A stretch of 64,000 nt of DNA from Candidatus Velthaea sp. (GTDB taxonomy: Bacteria; Vulcanimicrobiota; Vulcanimicrobiia; Vulcanimicrobiales; Vulcanimicrobiaceae): the NCBI GenBank assembly GCA_050012475.1, contig JBEKHC010000002.1, positions 32,001-96,000 on the forward strand, written 5' to 3'. Positions within the stretch are counted from its first letter, which is position 1. Every line of letters starts with the position of its first letter. Shown here piece after piece: positions 1-9,300 of this stretch. The notes under the pieces are model-generated. The model did no database searches. It saw nothing but the letters and a program-made list of their open reading frames with translations, and had not been told where the DNA came from. A program made the position numbers and the translations under genes.

Positions 1-887
1 AGGTTGTCTTCCAACTGATCGTTTGCGAAGGGCTCGACGATCATCCAGGTGCCGTCTGTTGCAAGCGCTCGGCGAACGTGAGCGGCAACGCCCACGGGAT
101 CGCCCATGTCGTGAAGGCAATCGAAGGCCGCTACCAAGTCGTAGTCTCTACCCGGGAAGTCTTTGGCACTCGAGACCTCAAAGTCGACCCGGTCGGCAAC
201 TCCTTGGCGTCCGGCAGATTCTCGCGCCGCCTCGATGGATTGGTCGTGGTAGTCAAATCCGAAAAATCGCGAGTTGGGGAAAGCTCTTGCCATCAGCACC
301 GTCGATGCGCCTTTTCCGCAGCCGATGTCGGCCACCCGGGCACCCGTTTCCAGCTTTTGTTGAACCTGGTTTAGCGAAGGTATCCACGAGCTGACAAGGT
401 TCGCAGCGTAGCCTGGACGGAAGAACTTTTCGCAGCCGTGAAAAACGCCGGGATCGTGTTCGTGCCAGCCCATTCCGGCGCCCGTGCGGAATGATTCCGC
501 GATGCGCGGCACGGCAGCTAAAGAACCCACCGCGAGTTCAAAAGCGCCCGGCAGATAAGCTGGGCTGTCTTCATGGGCCAACGCGAAAGCTTGCTCGTTG
601 GTCAGGCTGAATCGTTTCGTCGTCTCATCGTAGGTGATGTAGCCGCCCGCCGCCTGCGAGGCGAGCCATTCACGCAGATAACGCTCGTCCGTTGCGGTCT
701 CCTCGGCTAACTCCGCCGGAGTCATGGGGCCGGCCGCGAGTGCTTTGTAAAGACCGAGTTTCTCGCCGATCACCACCATCCCGGCGTGAACCGAAGCGCC
801 AAGGTCGGTGACGAATTGTCCGATAAAGGCGTTCAGTTTGTCCATGTCCGGAACCGGCATTGGAGCCGGCGCGTGTGCTGTACTCAT
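1..887 (-). CDS. Class I SAM-dependent methyltransferase with N-terminal winged-helix domain (runs off window start)
   Basis: Not in the ORF track because it has no stop in the window. Manual translation from ATG at 887 (RBS GGAG upstream) gives MSTAHAPAPMPVPDMDKLNAFIGQ...RYLREWLASQAAGGY...RVADIGCGKGAS...FDCLHDMGDP, with SAM motif I (DIGCGxG). Confidence 0.9.
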   Translation of the reverse strand, partial: MSTAHAPAPMPVPDMDKLNAFIGQFVTDLGASVHAGMVVIGEKLGLYKALAAGPMTPAELAEETATDERYLREWLASQAAGGYITYDETTKRFSLTNEQAFALAHEDSPAYLPGAFELAVGSLAAVPRIAESFRTGAGMGWHEHDPGVFHGCEKFFRPGYAANLVSSWIPSLNQVQQKLETGARVADIGCGKGASTVLMARAFPNSRFFGFDYHDQSIEAARESAGRQGVADRVDFEVSSAKDFPGRDYDLVAAFDCLHDMGDPVGVAAHVRRALATDGTWMIVEPFANDQLEDN

Positions 888-1020
888 TTGAATGTCTCCC
901 GTTGGTTGGCGATGTGGTCAATCGGGAACCCCGGTGCCGCCGTTGGAACCTCGCGGAAAATGCCGGATCTCGCGTGCTTCACATTTAGCAAGCGCAGGTC
1001 AGCGGCGTAACGAAGCATTG

Positions 1021-1046
1021 CCGAAGAAAGCCCGAAAGAATCCGAA
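1021..1046. promoter_or_regulatory. Three CCGAA direct repeats at 10-11 bp spacing, candidate wHTH operator
   Basis: CCGAA at 1021, 1032 and 1042 in the divergent intergenic region before an OmpR-type wHTH regulator. Confidence 0.35.
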
Positions 1047-1073
1047 AATCTATCTTGTGGGAGCACGGGGCCC

Positions 1074-3644
1074 TTGGAGACGATCGCCTCAACGTACCAC
1101 TTCGGCGAGTTCACGCTCGACGTGACGAGGGGCTGCGTTCTTCGGGCAGGAGCCGAAATCAAGGTCCGCCCCAAGGTTTATGAGACGCTCGCCTACCTGG
1201 TAAGAAACCGCGGCCGCCTGATCAGCAAGCAGGAACTGATGCAAGCAGTCTGGCCGGACAGCTTTGTTACCGACGACTCACTCGTGCAGTGCACCCTCGA
1301 ACTGCGGCGTGCTCTGGACGATCGCGACCAACAGTTACTCCGGACGGTACCGCGCCGAGGATACCTGTTCACCGCTGAGGTCACTCAGGGCGCAGCAAGA
1401 TCCGTCGCCTTACCGGAGGCTGATCTACCCGACTCAAGGGGCCGCAGAAACGGGGCTGCAAGACTTGGCGCACGGCTCGTCGATTTGCCGACCCCTCGCA
1501 CTTCGCTGATCGGCCGCGACAAAGAGGTGGAAAGTGCGGCGGAGCTGTTGCGCAATCAGAACATTCAGCTCCTAAGTCTTACCGGTCCCGGAGGCGCTGG
1601 AAAGACTCGCCTAGCGATTGCCGTAGCCGCGACGATTGCGTCGGAGTTTACCGGCGGAGTAAAATTTGTCGGGCTGGCCTCCATAACGGATCCCGAGCTG
1701 GTGGCAACGGCGCTCGCCAAATCGCTCGACATCCAACAAGTCGCCAACCGCACCGGCCCGCAACTCATCAGTGATTACTTCGAAGGTTCGGGTCCATTTC
1801 TCTTCGTGCTCGATAACTTTGAGCACGTATTAGCCGCTGCAACCCTCGTGGCCGAAACGTTAACGACCTGTCCCAGTCTCAAGGTGCTGGTCACCAGCCG
1901 AGCGTGTCTTCGAATTTATGGCGAGCAAGAATTCCCAGTGGCCCCCTTGCAGCGGGATTCAGCCGTCCAGTTGTTTGTGCAGCGCGCAACGGCAGTCCGG
2001 CCCAACTTCGCGGTGACCGACGAAAATTCGATCGCGATTGGGGAAATCTGCGCACGCCTCGATGGTTTGCCGCTAGGGATCGAGCTGGCGGCAGCCCGAA
2101 CGAAGGTCTTATCGCCGCGCGACATTCTGGAACGGCTGCGAAGCCGTTTGCAACTATTGACCGGCGGCGCGCTCGACTTACCCGAACGCCAACAGACCCT
2201 CCGCGCAACGATCGACTGGAGCCACGGGCTCTTGAACGAGGCCGAGCAGAAACTGTTCCGGCGATTTTCCGTCTTTATCGGCGGCTGCACGCTCGAGGCT
2301 GCTGAAGCTGTGTGCAACACGGCAAGTGATCTGGGAGTCGATTTGTTCGACGGCCTTGCTTCTCTGGTCGATAAGAACCTCGTTCAGCGCGTGGACCGTT
2401 CAAATTCCGAGGCGCGTTTCACAATGTTAGAAACCATTCGTGAGTACGCGCTCGAGCGGCTGGTATCGAGCGGCGAAGAGAGCCGAACGAGACGCGCGCA
2501 TGCCGCTTACTGCCTGGTCCTCGCACAGGAAGGCAATCCTGATTTGAGCCCAGCGGAACGGACCGCGTGGCTGACGCGATGCGATCTGGAGATAGACAAC
2601 TTTCGCTCCGCTCTTGACCACCTAATTCAGGATGGAGACGCTGACTGGAGTTTGCGTCTTTCTATGGCGCTCTTCCGGTTCTGGGACATGCGCGAGCACT
2701 TTACCGAAGGGCGAAGCCGCTTGGAGACCGTGCTGCGCCTGGCGGGCGAGCGTTTTTCAAAAGAACGTGCGAAGCTGGCGCTTTTTCTGGGAGCTCTCAC
2801 CACAGCGCAGGGTGATTTTCCCTCCGCGCAGCGCTTTCTCGAGCAAAGCCTTTCACTTTATGACGAGTTGAGCGATCGATGGGGCGTAGCCGTCTCCTTG
2901 AATGCACTCGCGATATCAGCGCGGGACCTAGGCGACTACTCTTCAGCGCAAGCCAACTTCGAACGCAGCTTAGCCTGTTGGCGTGCGCTATCTGATCGAT
3001 CGGCGCTCGCCCGTTGCCTTCATAACCTCGCGGACGTCACCAAAGTTTGCGGCGATTATTCGCGCGCACAATCGGAACTAACGGAAGCGGCGAGCATTTT
3101 TGAAGAACTCGGCGATCGGAGCGGAGCCGCATGGTCGAAAAATCAGCAAGGGGATCTAGCGCGCGAACAAGGCGACCTCGCTGCCGCTCTCGGCTTTTAT
3201 GGACGTGCGCTTTCGGCATTTCGGGAAATTGGGGATCGCTGGGGCTCCGCCCGGTCTCTCGCCGATTTAGGTCACATCCACTGCGAGCAGAACGAGTACG
3301 AGGCGGCGCACGCCGCCTACAGTGAATCGCTGGAACTCTTCACGGAGTTAGGGCACAGGCGCGGCATCGCACGTGCGTTGGAGGGTTCCGCGTGTTTGGC
3401 TGCGGCTCGAGGCGATGCAGTGCGAGCGCTGAAGCTGGCGGCAGCTGCAGCGCATTTGCGATGGCTGATCGGCGCACCACTCCCGCGCGCAGAGCAGCTA
3501 CGCCTCGCTCAGAATCTATTACGCGCGTGGGAATCGCTAAGCGATGCGGACGGGAAAGAGGCGTGGGCAGCAGGGCGAGCGATGAGCATCGAGAGCGCAA
3601 TTCAACACTCACTGCACGAACCGCAGTCGACTATTACAGGTTGA
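1074..3644 (+). CDS. STAND-type transcriptional regulator: OmpR/PhoB wHTH + P-loop ATPase + TPR repeats
   Basis: N-terminal trans_reg_C motif (LLRTVPRRGYLF), Walker A GPGGAGKT, Walker B FVLDNFEH, GLPLGIELAAAR, C-terminal TPR-like repeats. Confidence 0.9.
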   Translation: METIASTYHFGEFTLDVTRGCVLRAGAEIKVRPKVYETLAYLVRNRGRLISKQELMQAVWPDSFVTDDSLVQCTLELRRALDDRDQQLLRTVPRRGYLFTAEVTQGAARSVALPEADLPDSRGRRNGAARLGARLVDLPTPRTSLIGRDKEVESAAELLRNQNIQLLSLTGPGGAGKTRLAIAVAATIASEFTGGVKFVGLASITDPELVATALAKSLDIQQVANRTGPQLISDYFEGSGPFLFVLDNFEHVLAAATLVAETLTTCPSLKVLVTSRACLRIYGEQEFPVAPLQRDSAVQLFVQRATAVRPNFAVTDENSIAIGEICARLDGLPLGIELAAARTKVLSPRDILERLRSRLQLLTGGALDLPERQQTLRATIDWSHGLLNEAEQKLFRRFSVFIGGCTLEAAEAVCNTASDLGVDLFDGLASLVDKNLVQRVDRSNSEARFTMLETIREYALERLVSSGEESRTRRAHAAYCLVLAQEGNPDLSPAERTAWLTRCDLEIDNFRSALDHLIQDGDADWSLRLSMALFRFWDMREHFTEGRSRLETVLRLAGERFSKERAKLALFLGALTTAQGDFPSAQRFLEQSLSLYDELSDRWGVAVSLNALAISARDLGDYSSAQANFERSLACWRALSDRSALARCLHNLADVTKVCGDYSRAQSELTEAASIFEELGDRSGAAWSKNQQGDLAREQGDLAAALGFYGRALSAFREIGDRWGSARSLADLGHIHCEQNEYEAAHAAYSESLELFTELGHRRGIARALEGSACLAAARGDAVRALKLAAAAAHLRWLIGAPLPRAEQLRLAQNLLRAWESLSDADGKEAWAAGRAMSIESAIQHSLHEPQSTITG

Positions 3645-3903
3645 CGGGATCGAGGAGCCGGCGCACGGCCGACACCCGATCGGCCGGAATGCCGGTCCGG
3701 CGCGCGTGCTCCCGTACGCTATTCTCGTCGGGAGCGAGATACACGCAATAGACTTTATCTTCGGTCACGTAACTGTGCAACCACTGGATTTTCGGGCCCA
3801 TACTCTCCAGTGTCTCGAGAGAGCGCAGAGACAACTCACGGAGCTCTGCGTCCGAGATCGATCCAGCCCCCGGAATCTCACGTTCTATGATGAACTGCGG
3901 CAT
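3634..3903 (-). CDS. DUF4242 (SCO4226-like) protein
   Basis: 89 aa with IQWLHSYVTEDKVYCVYLAPDE..VREHARRTGIPADRVS, the DUF4242 pattern. Confidence 0.85.
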   Translation of the reverse strand: MPQFIIEREIPGAGSISDAELRELSLRSLETLESMGPKIQWLHSYVTEDKVYCVYLAPDENSVREHARRTGIPADRVSAVRRLLDPVNL

Positions 3904-4081
3904 GATTCTGAGAAGTTAACCTCGGCTACGGCAAAAAAATGATTGCTGCGGGGTCGATTTACGACTTGGAAACCGATGTGCGGAGGCGGCAGATGCTTAT
4001 TCCTTTCGTGCAGGCCTTCCTGCCCGTTCCTCCCTTCACCATAGAACAGGCAACCGAGGATAACCGAGTTCGTTCGTTGTG

Positions 4082-4481
4082 TGTGCCTACGCAGCGCATC
4101 GTGCCCTGCGACCGACGTCCTCGGCCGGATATGGCTATCAGCGACTGAAAAGCGAACACGGTCCGCTTCTTTTCCATCAGTCCGGCGGTTGCTGTGACGG
4201 CAGTGCGCCGATGTGTCTTCGGGATAACGACTTCCGGGTCGGTTCACACGATGTGTTGCTGGGCGTCGTCGAGGGCTGTCCCTTTTACATCGGAGGCGCG
4301 CAGTTCAAAACCTGGGAGCATACGCAGCTCATCAGATGTCATCCCCGGTTCGGGCGATAGTTTCTCGATTGAAGTCTCAGGCGGGGCCCGGTTCATCACC
4401 GAGTCGCGCGTCCTCAGTGCTCTTGAACAGGTTGCTCAAGGCTGCCGGGCCGCCACAGACCGGGCCGGCGGCCGCATCTGA
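4082..4481 (+). pseudogene. DUF779-family protein, frameshifted
   Basis: HGPLLFHQSGGCCDGSAPMC...WEHTQLI lies in one frame and DVIPGSGDSFSIEVSGGARFITESRV in another (shift near 4333). The N-terminus also appears shifted near 4137. Confidence 0.75.
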
Positions 4482-4898
4482 GGAGCTTCGCGTGCAGCGA
4501 ACGTAACCTTCGGAGCGGTGGGTCGCCGTCGACATCCCACTGACGACTCACCGCGCTCCGTCTGCCGGCATTTTGGCTTTCGCGTTTCGCGCCCGCAGCG
4601 CAATGCGGTCGGTTAAAGACGGCCGGTCCGTGTTACGGACTCGGTCCAGCTCTGCCCCGCGTCGTTTGCGCGCCTTAACGCCTCGCAACGCGCCTCGTGA
4701 TGAGGTTCCGGAACGGCTATGCCCGGCGCGGTTAGAGCCCGAGGTCAGCCTGGATAGCGAAAGGCGCGTCCTATAGTGGCTATGGGTCGCGCCTGTTTGC
4801 TCAGAGTGTGGTGATTATTAGGTCCGTCCAGAATCGGTCACGTCACCCGTCGTTTTCGAGCACCTGCCGGACTGTATCAGAAAAGCGGACCGCGGCGG

Positions 4899-5207
4899 TT
4901 AGCGCGCTGCTACCGCTACCGGGCTCGAGCTAGAGTCTACCGCGGGCGACAAGACATCGGCGAGCTGGCTGGCAAACGCCTTTTGCTGGTCGAGCACTTG
5001 GGTCGCGAACGACGAATTGAGTTCAACAACCTGCGCGAGCGTCGGAAGGCCTTCGATCGTAGATCCGTTCGGCAGCTTCATCAACGAAGGCAAGCTGGCG
5101 GCAACTTCACGAACTGTTTGGAGCGTGGAGATCTGGACCGCTTCGATCTGTTTGACGTTGTCGAGTGTTTGAGTTTGGATTTTTTCGAGAATTTCGAGAT
5201 AGGTCAT
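4899..5207 (-). CDS. Hypothetical 102-aa helical protein (phasin-like amphipathic composition)
   Basis: Clean ATG-start ORF rich in Q/L/A helices (ELNSSFATQVLDQQKAFASQLA). Confidence 0.6.
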   Translation of the reverse strand: MTYLEILEKIQTQTLDNVKQIEAVQISTLQTVREVAASLPSLMKLPNGSTIEGLPTLAQVVELNSSFATQVLDQQKAFASQLADVLSPAVDSSSSPVAVAAR

Positions 5208-5364
5208 GTGCTAAGTATACCAAGCAGATGCAGTTTGTCAAGCGGCTTTGGTCGAAGGCGCGTCGCAGTGCGTCCAAGTGGGGATAACTCAACATTCGTT
5301 GCGCCCGCTGGGCCTTTCGCGATATGTCTTCCCACGGATGATCTATCGGCAGATCTGACACGCG

Positions 5365-5720
5365 TTGATCGGTGCTGGGAGACGCGTGCGCTTCACTCGC
5401 TGCAGCGACTTGGTGCAACGCCTTCAGGCTGCCCGGCGCGATCTGCGGCTGCCGCAAAGACTTGCCAAGCTCGATCGCTTCGATTTGATCATCCTGGACG
5501 ATCTGTCGTACGTGCGCCGCGATCAGGCCGAAACGGCGGTGCTCTTCGAGCTGATTTCCAAACGCCACGAGCGCAAGAGCATCGCGATTATGCCAATGCG
5601 CCCTTCTCGCAGTGGAGTGATGTCTTCGTCGATCCGGCGCCGACCTTGGCGGCAATCGATCGGCTCGTTCACCATGCGGCGATCCTCGAGATGAATGTGG
5701 AACGCTGTCGCCAGCTAAAA
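5365..5720 (+). pseudogene. istB: IS21-family IstB helper ATPase, 5'-truncated and frameshifted
   Basis: DLVQRLQAARRDL..LAKLDRFDLIILDDLSYVRRDQAETAVLFELISKRHERKSIAI, then after a shift near 5590, ANAPFSQWSDVFVDPAPTLAAIDRLVHHAAILEMN. Walker A and istA are absent. Confidence 0.85.
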
Positions 5721-5765
5721 ACAGGACCACAGGTCTTCGAGTGCGATGGCTCACCCCAGCACGAG

Positions 5766-6110
5766 CTACGTGAGCGGCGAAAGGTGCTTTGGTTCGTAAA
5801 GGCCGAGCTTGTCGCCGCCAGGGAGTTCGAGCGTCGTCACCAAACCCCAGCCGCGGTCGGCGAGCGGTGTCGTTTTGATTCCCTTCTTCTCGAGCTGTTG
5901 TACCGTCGCGGCGATGTCGCCGCAGATCAGCCACAGTTCGTGTTCGGGGTCGTCTTCGGTCTCATGGACGGCGAGTTCGGTCGGCGGTGCGGCGAAGAAG
6001 AGCCGCCCGTTGCCGGCGTCGACGTAGTGCAGGTCGAGCACGTCCTTGAGAAAGTCATACATCTCCTTGGCGTGCTTTGTGTAGAAGATCGCGTGGATAC
6101 CGGTGATCAC
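5766..6110 (-). CDS. VOC/glyoxalase-family protein
   Basis: MITGIHAIFY...FFAAPPTELAVH...HELWLICGDI...DRGWGLVTTLELPGGDKLGLYEP; RBS GAGGA upstream. Confidence 0.85.
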   Translation of the reverse strand: MITGIHAIFYTKHAKEMYDFLKDVLDLHYVDAGNGRLFFAAPPTELAVHETEDDPEHELWLICGDIAATVQQLEKKGIKTTPLADRGWGLVTTLELPGGDKLGLYEPKHLSPLT

Positions 6111-6122
6111 TCTGTTCCTCTT

Positions 6123-6200
6123 CCCTCGAACTACGCGCCTTCGCTGCGCTCCGCTCGGATGACATTACAACGGCGCTTCGCGCGCTCCGCTCGGGATGAC
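6123..6200 (-). repeat. Two tandem REP-like palindromes (GTCATCC(C)GAGCGGAGCG..GCGAAG on the minus strand)
   Basis: CTTCGCTGCGCTCCGCTCGGATGAC (ends 6163) and CTTCGCGCGCTCCGCTCGGGATGAC (ends 6200). Confidence 0.6.
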
Positions 6201-6229
6201 CATAGCGTAATTGAAAAACGCGCGGCGCC

Positions 6230-6454
6230 GCTGTGGACAGCGTGGCTGAGCTCCGCAAGCAGCAGTTAGCAACGAGCAAGGGGCTCATCCCCACCCTGCC
6301 CACAGCACCACTACTGCTGCTGCTTCTTCAAAGAAAGGACGAGGAACGGGACGGGCACTACCGCCTCATCTGAAAACCGCGACCTATACTGCTACCTGCT
6401 TCGCAGCGGCAAAGATAATTGACGCCGAGCGGTCGGGATAATTGTCGCCGAGCA
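6230..6454 (+). mobile_element. IS21-family right end: subterminal hairpin, tandem terminal repeats, CA terminus
   Basis: GATAATTGACGCCGAGC (6414-6430) and GATAATTGTCGCCGAGC-A (6437-6454) at a 23-bp period, ending in CA. A GCTGTGG...CCACAGC stem spans about 6230-6307. It lies downstream of the istB remnant. Confidence 0.65.
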
Positions 6455-6748
6455 CGTTTCGCACCGCCAACGATTCGCCGGTGTCGAGATCGACTACATC
6501 AATCGCGCCAAAGTGGCGGCCAAGATGTTACGTTTCGGGTCGGCGGCGAATCGACCGGGATACTCGTCGCCGACCGCGGCACCTTCGCGCCTTGCGTCCT
6601 AATCCGGCGCGAGTTCCCGACCGTCACCGACGCTTAGCCAATATCGCATTGAAAGCACTGGGAAGTGCAGGCCCCCTCCTAGCCAGGGACGCTCCGATGG
6701 AGCCCTGGACGTCGCCGCGATGCTCTAGCCAGCACGAAATCAGGCATA

Positions 6749-7030
6749 CTAGCCGAGGTAGCGGTGCACGAGCATCTGCCATTCTTCGTCGAGCGAGCAC
6801 GTCGGGAATGGTTCGCCGACGCGGCGGTACCAATAGCGCGCGTTCGCGGCATCGCCTTCTTTGCGATGCAGATACGCGTGCACGCGATTCGTTTCCGCGG
6901 TTTCGGGAGCTTGCGCGCGTTCGTGGGCCGCTTCCCATCGTCCGGCGCGGTCGAGCGCTAACGCCGCCAGTGCCGGCGCGAGACTGCGCGCCCGCTCGAC
7001 GTCGATCGCAAGAAACTCTTCGTACGTCAT
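6749..7030 (-). CDS. Conserved hypothetical protein
   Basis: WEAAHERAQ...VHAYLHRKEGDAANARYWYRR motif of a widespread small uncharacterised family. Confidence 0.8.
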   Translation of the reverse strand: MTYEEFLAIDVERARSLAPALAALALDRAGRWEAAHERAQAPETAETNRVHAYLHRKEGDAANARYWYRRVGEPFPTCSLDEEWQMLVHRYLG

Positions 7031-7237
7031 TACAGCTGTTGTTCTCCGGGGCGGATGTCAAGGTCGAACCGATAGCCGGGTAAGCGTCGCTGCGGCGCGT
7101 TCGGACACGAGCGCCGGTTGGGACGCTTTTCGGACGGCCGATCCGTACCATCGCAAAGGTGAGCTCGTTCCGAGCGATCGGGAGACCACTGCTGCTTCGA
7201 GCATTTCGAAGGACCCCTTTCGAGTGGAGTTTCAATT

Positions 7238-7519
7238 GTGAAGCGAACAACACTGGTATCGCTTGCGGCAACCTTACCCATTGCCGCGCTTGCGATCGGC
7301 AATGCCGTGGCGCAACCTCCGACGGCGGCGGCGACCGCTTTTGGCGCCTCGGTCCCCGCGAAGGTGAGTTATATTCCCCCAGTCATTGGGCCCGTTCGCG
7401 ACTACGTGATCATCATCATCACGACGGCGTGGGGCCGCGTGGTGGGCGATATCCCGTACGCATCGACGGGCATCAAAGCCGCGAGCCCGAGCGACGCGGC
7501 AAAATCCCTGGACGGTTGA
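7238..7519 (+). CDS. Secreted 93-aa putative precursor peptide (SdpC-like role)
   Basis: GTG start with GGAG RBS; Sec-type signal peptide (MKRTTLVSLAA...AVA|Q); hydrophobic core YIPPVIGPVRDYVIIIITTAWGRVVG; located directly upstream of the sdpA/sdpB-like genes. Confidence 0.7.
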   Translation: MKRTTLVSLAATLPIAALAIGNAVAQPPTAAATAFGASVPAKVSYIPPVIGPVRDYVIIIITTAWGRVVGDIPYASTGIKAASPSDAAKSLDG

Positions 7520-7524
7520 GCAGC

Positions 7525-7555
7525 AGGCGTGAAGTCCGCGTACGGCTTCACGCCT
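7525..7555 (+). terminator. Stem-loop after the precursor gene (attenuator or mRNA stabiliser, no U-tract)
   Basis: AGGCGTGAAG (7525-7534) pairs perfectly with CTTCACGCCT (7546-7555). Confidence 0.55.
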
Positions 7556-7618
7556 CGCCGCTGCGCCGGCGCACGTCATGAATGCCTTGATGCCGTCTGA
7601 ACGGCGAGGACTTTTCGC

Positions 7619-8272
7619 ATGGACAACACCGACGTTGCTTCGCCTCGAGAGCGCCTGGCGCTCGCGGCTTTCGCGCTCGTTCTCGCCGCCGTCCTCGCCG
7701 TTCACGCGGGGTTCGAGACCCTCTTCGTTCTGCCGTCGAACCCGATCGGCGAACGGCTGCGGCCGCTGGTACTCGCGTACACGCACCCGTACTTCGAGCA
7801 GTATTGGAACATGTTTGCGCCGGCGCCCATCGCGAGCGACATCATCGTGCTCGCGCGGACGCGAGACGCGGCGGGTGCCCAGAGCGCGTGGGTCAGTCTG
7901 ACCGATCCGCTCATCGACAAGGTGCGCGCAAATCCGCTCTCACGCTACTCGACGCTGAAGAACGTCGCCATGACGCTGGGCCTCGCCGCCCTGGCCGACA
8001 AGACGCTCATCAAGGGGAAACTCACCCGCGCTCAGCTTCGGACGCTCATGGAACCCAAGACGCGGCCGATGTTTTTCGACGGCCTGCTGCGCCTCGCGGT
8101 CTTTCTGCGGGCCGGCGAAGGCACCGACGTCCGCAGCATGCAGATCCAAATCATCGATCACGAGTTTCCGCGCTTTAGCCATCGATTCGAGCGCGACGAC
8201 GTTCGCTTGAACAACCACGCGATGATCCTGCCCTGGGTACCGGTTTCTGGAACGGACGGAAGCACATCATGA
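7619..8272 (+). CDS. SdpA-like / DUF5819 family membrane-anchored protein
   Basis: N-terminal TM helix, then LPSNPI...YTHPYFEQYWNMFAPAP, the SdpA/DUF5819 signature (P.F.Q.W..FAP.P); C-terminal LPW. Confidence 0.8.
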   Translation: MDNTDVASPRERLALAAFALVLAAVLAVHAGFETLFVLPSNPIGERLRPLVLAYTHPYFEQYWNMFAPAPIASDIIVLARTRDAAGAQSAWVSLTDPLIDKVRANPLSRYSTLKNVAMTLGLAALADKTLIKGKLTRAQLRTLMEPKTRPMFFDGLLRLAVFLRAGEGTDVRSMQIQIIDHEFPRFSHRFERDDVRLNNHAMILPWVPVSGTDGSTS

Positions 8273-9300
8273 GACCAGGCGTTATCGCGGCGCAGGTCGT
8301 GCCGCTCGTGGATCGCGTCTTCGCGCGCCTCACGATCCCGCATCGGCAGATCGGTGCCAGCGTGTTCCGGCTCGTGTTGGGCAGCACGATCGCACTGCTC
8401 TATTTGCAAAACCTCGGTTGGCGGCGGTTTCTCTGGGGTCCGCACGGGTTGATCCCGTTCACGCACGCCGCGCAAATCGTCGCGGCATACGGGCCCAATC
8501 TGTACTTGGCGTCGCCGTCAGCGTGGTTCTTCGAGGCCGTGTTCTGGACGGGACTGGTGGCATCGATTGCGTTCGCTTGCGGGCGCTGGATCCCGGTCTC
8601 GACGCTGCTGTGCGCCGTGCTGACCTGGTGCCTCATTTACCGCGATGGTTTTCTAGGTGACGCTGGTTGGAATTTGGCGACCATCCTGCTCGTGTATGCG
8701 CTCGTGCTCGATTGCGGGCGCTATCTCGTCGCCGGAAAGTCCGGCGCTGCGCTGGTGCCGAGCGCCCGGCCGAATTTCCACTCGCGCGCCGCCGCGCTGC
8801 TGCACAACTTCGGCATCACGCTGGCGATCTGGCAAGTGAGCCTGCTCTACGGTACCTCGTGCTTTTACAAGATTACCGGGCACAAGTGGCAAGACGGAAC
8901 GGCGCTCTACTACATTCTGCGCAGCAATCAGTTCAATCTGTCTCCGCTGGGGCCGCATATCTACCACAGTGCCGCGCTGGTGTGCATTGCAACGTATGCG
9001 ACGCTGCTGCTGCAGGCGGCATTCCCATTCTGCATTTGGCAGCGCCCGGCCAAGTACGTCGTCGCCCTGGGGGCGATCGGCTTCCACGTCGGCATCGCCG
9101 TTACGATGGGGCTGCCGTTTTTCTCCCTCGTCATGATTTCGTGCGAAGCGCTCGTCTTTTCGGATGCGGAATATCGCCTGGCGGTCGGCGCGTTGCGCGC
9201 AGTCGGGCAGCGGTGTGACGCCGTTCGCGGTCGACTGTCGTTTGCCGGCGCACGGGCGGCGGCTGCCGCGGCCCTGCCGTCGGTACAGGATGGACGGTGA
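8269..9300 (+). CDS. SdpB-like HTTM-domain membrane protein
   Basis: Multi-TM protein with FRLVLG, DAGWN, QVSLLYGTSCFYKITGHKWQDGTALYY, FHVGIAVTMGLPFFSLVMI; ATGA overlap with the upstream gene. Confidence 0.85.
   Translation: MRPGVIAAQVVPLVDRVFARLTIPHRQIGASVFRLVLGSTIALLYLQNLGWRRFLWGPHGLIPFTHAAQIVAAYGPNLYLASPSAWFFEAVFWTGLVASIAFACGRWIPVSTLLCAVLTWCLIYRDGFLGDAGWNLATILLVYALVLDCGRYLVAGKSGAALVPSARPNFHSRAAALLHNFGITLAIWQVSLLYGTSCFYKITGHKWQDGTALYYILRSNQFNLSPLGPHIYHSAALVCIATYATLLLQAAFPFCIWQRPAKYVVALGAIGFHVGIAVTMGLPFFSLVMISCEALVFSDAEYRLAVGALRAVGQRCDAVRGRLSFAGARAAAAAALPSVQDGR

Noticed and set aside
5240..5340. Possible tyrosine-recombinase C-terminal fragment (AQRMLSYPHLDALRR, minus strand)
   Set aside because: Similarity is too weak, and the catalytic H-x-x-R and Y residues cannot be identified.
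4983..6269. 428-aa plus-strand ORF
   Set aside because: A composite of antisense shadows of real minus-strand genes and the frameshifted tail of istB; not a coherent protein.
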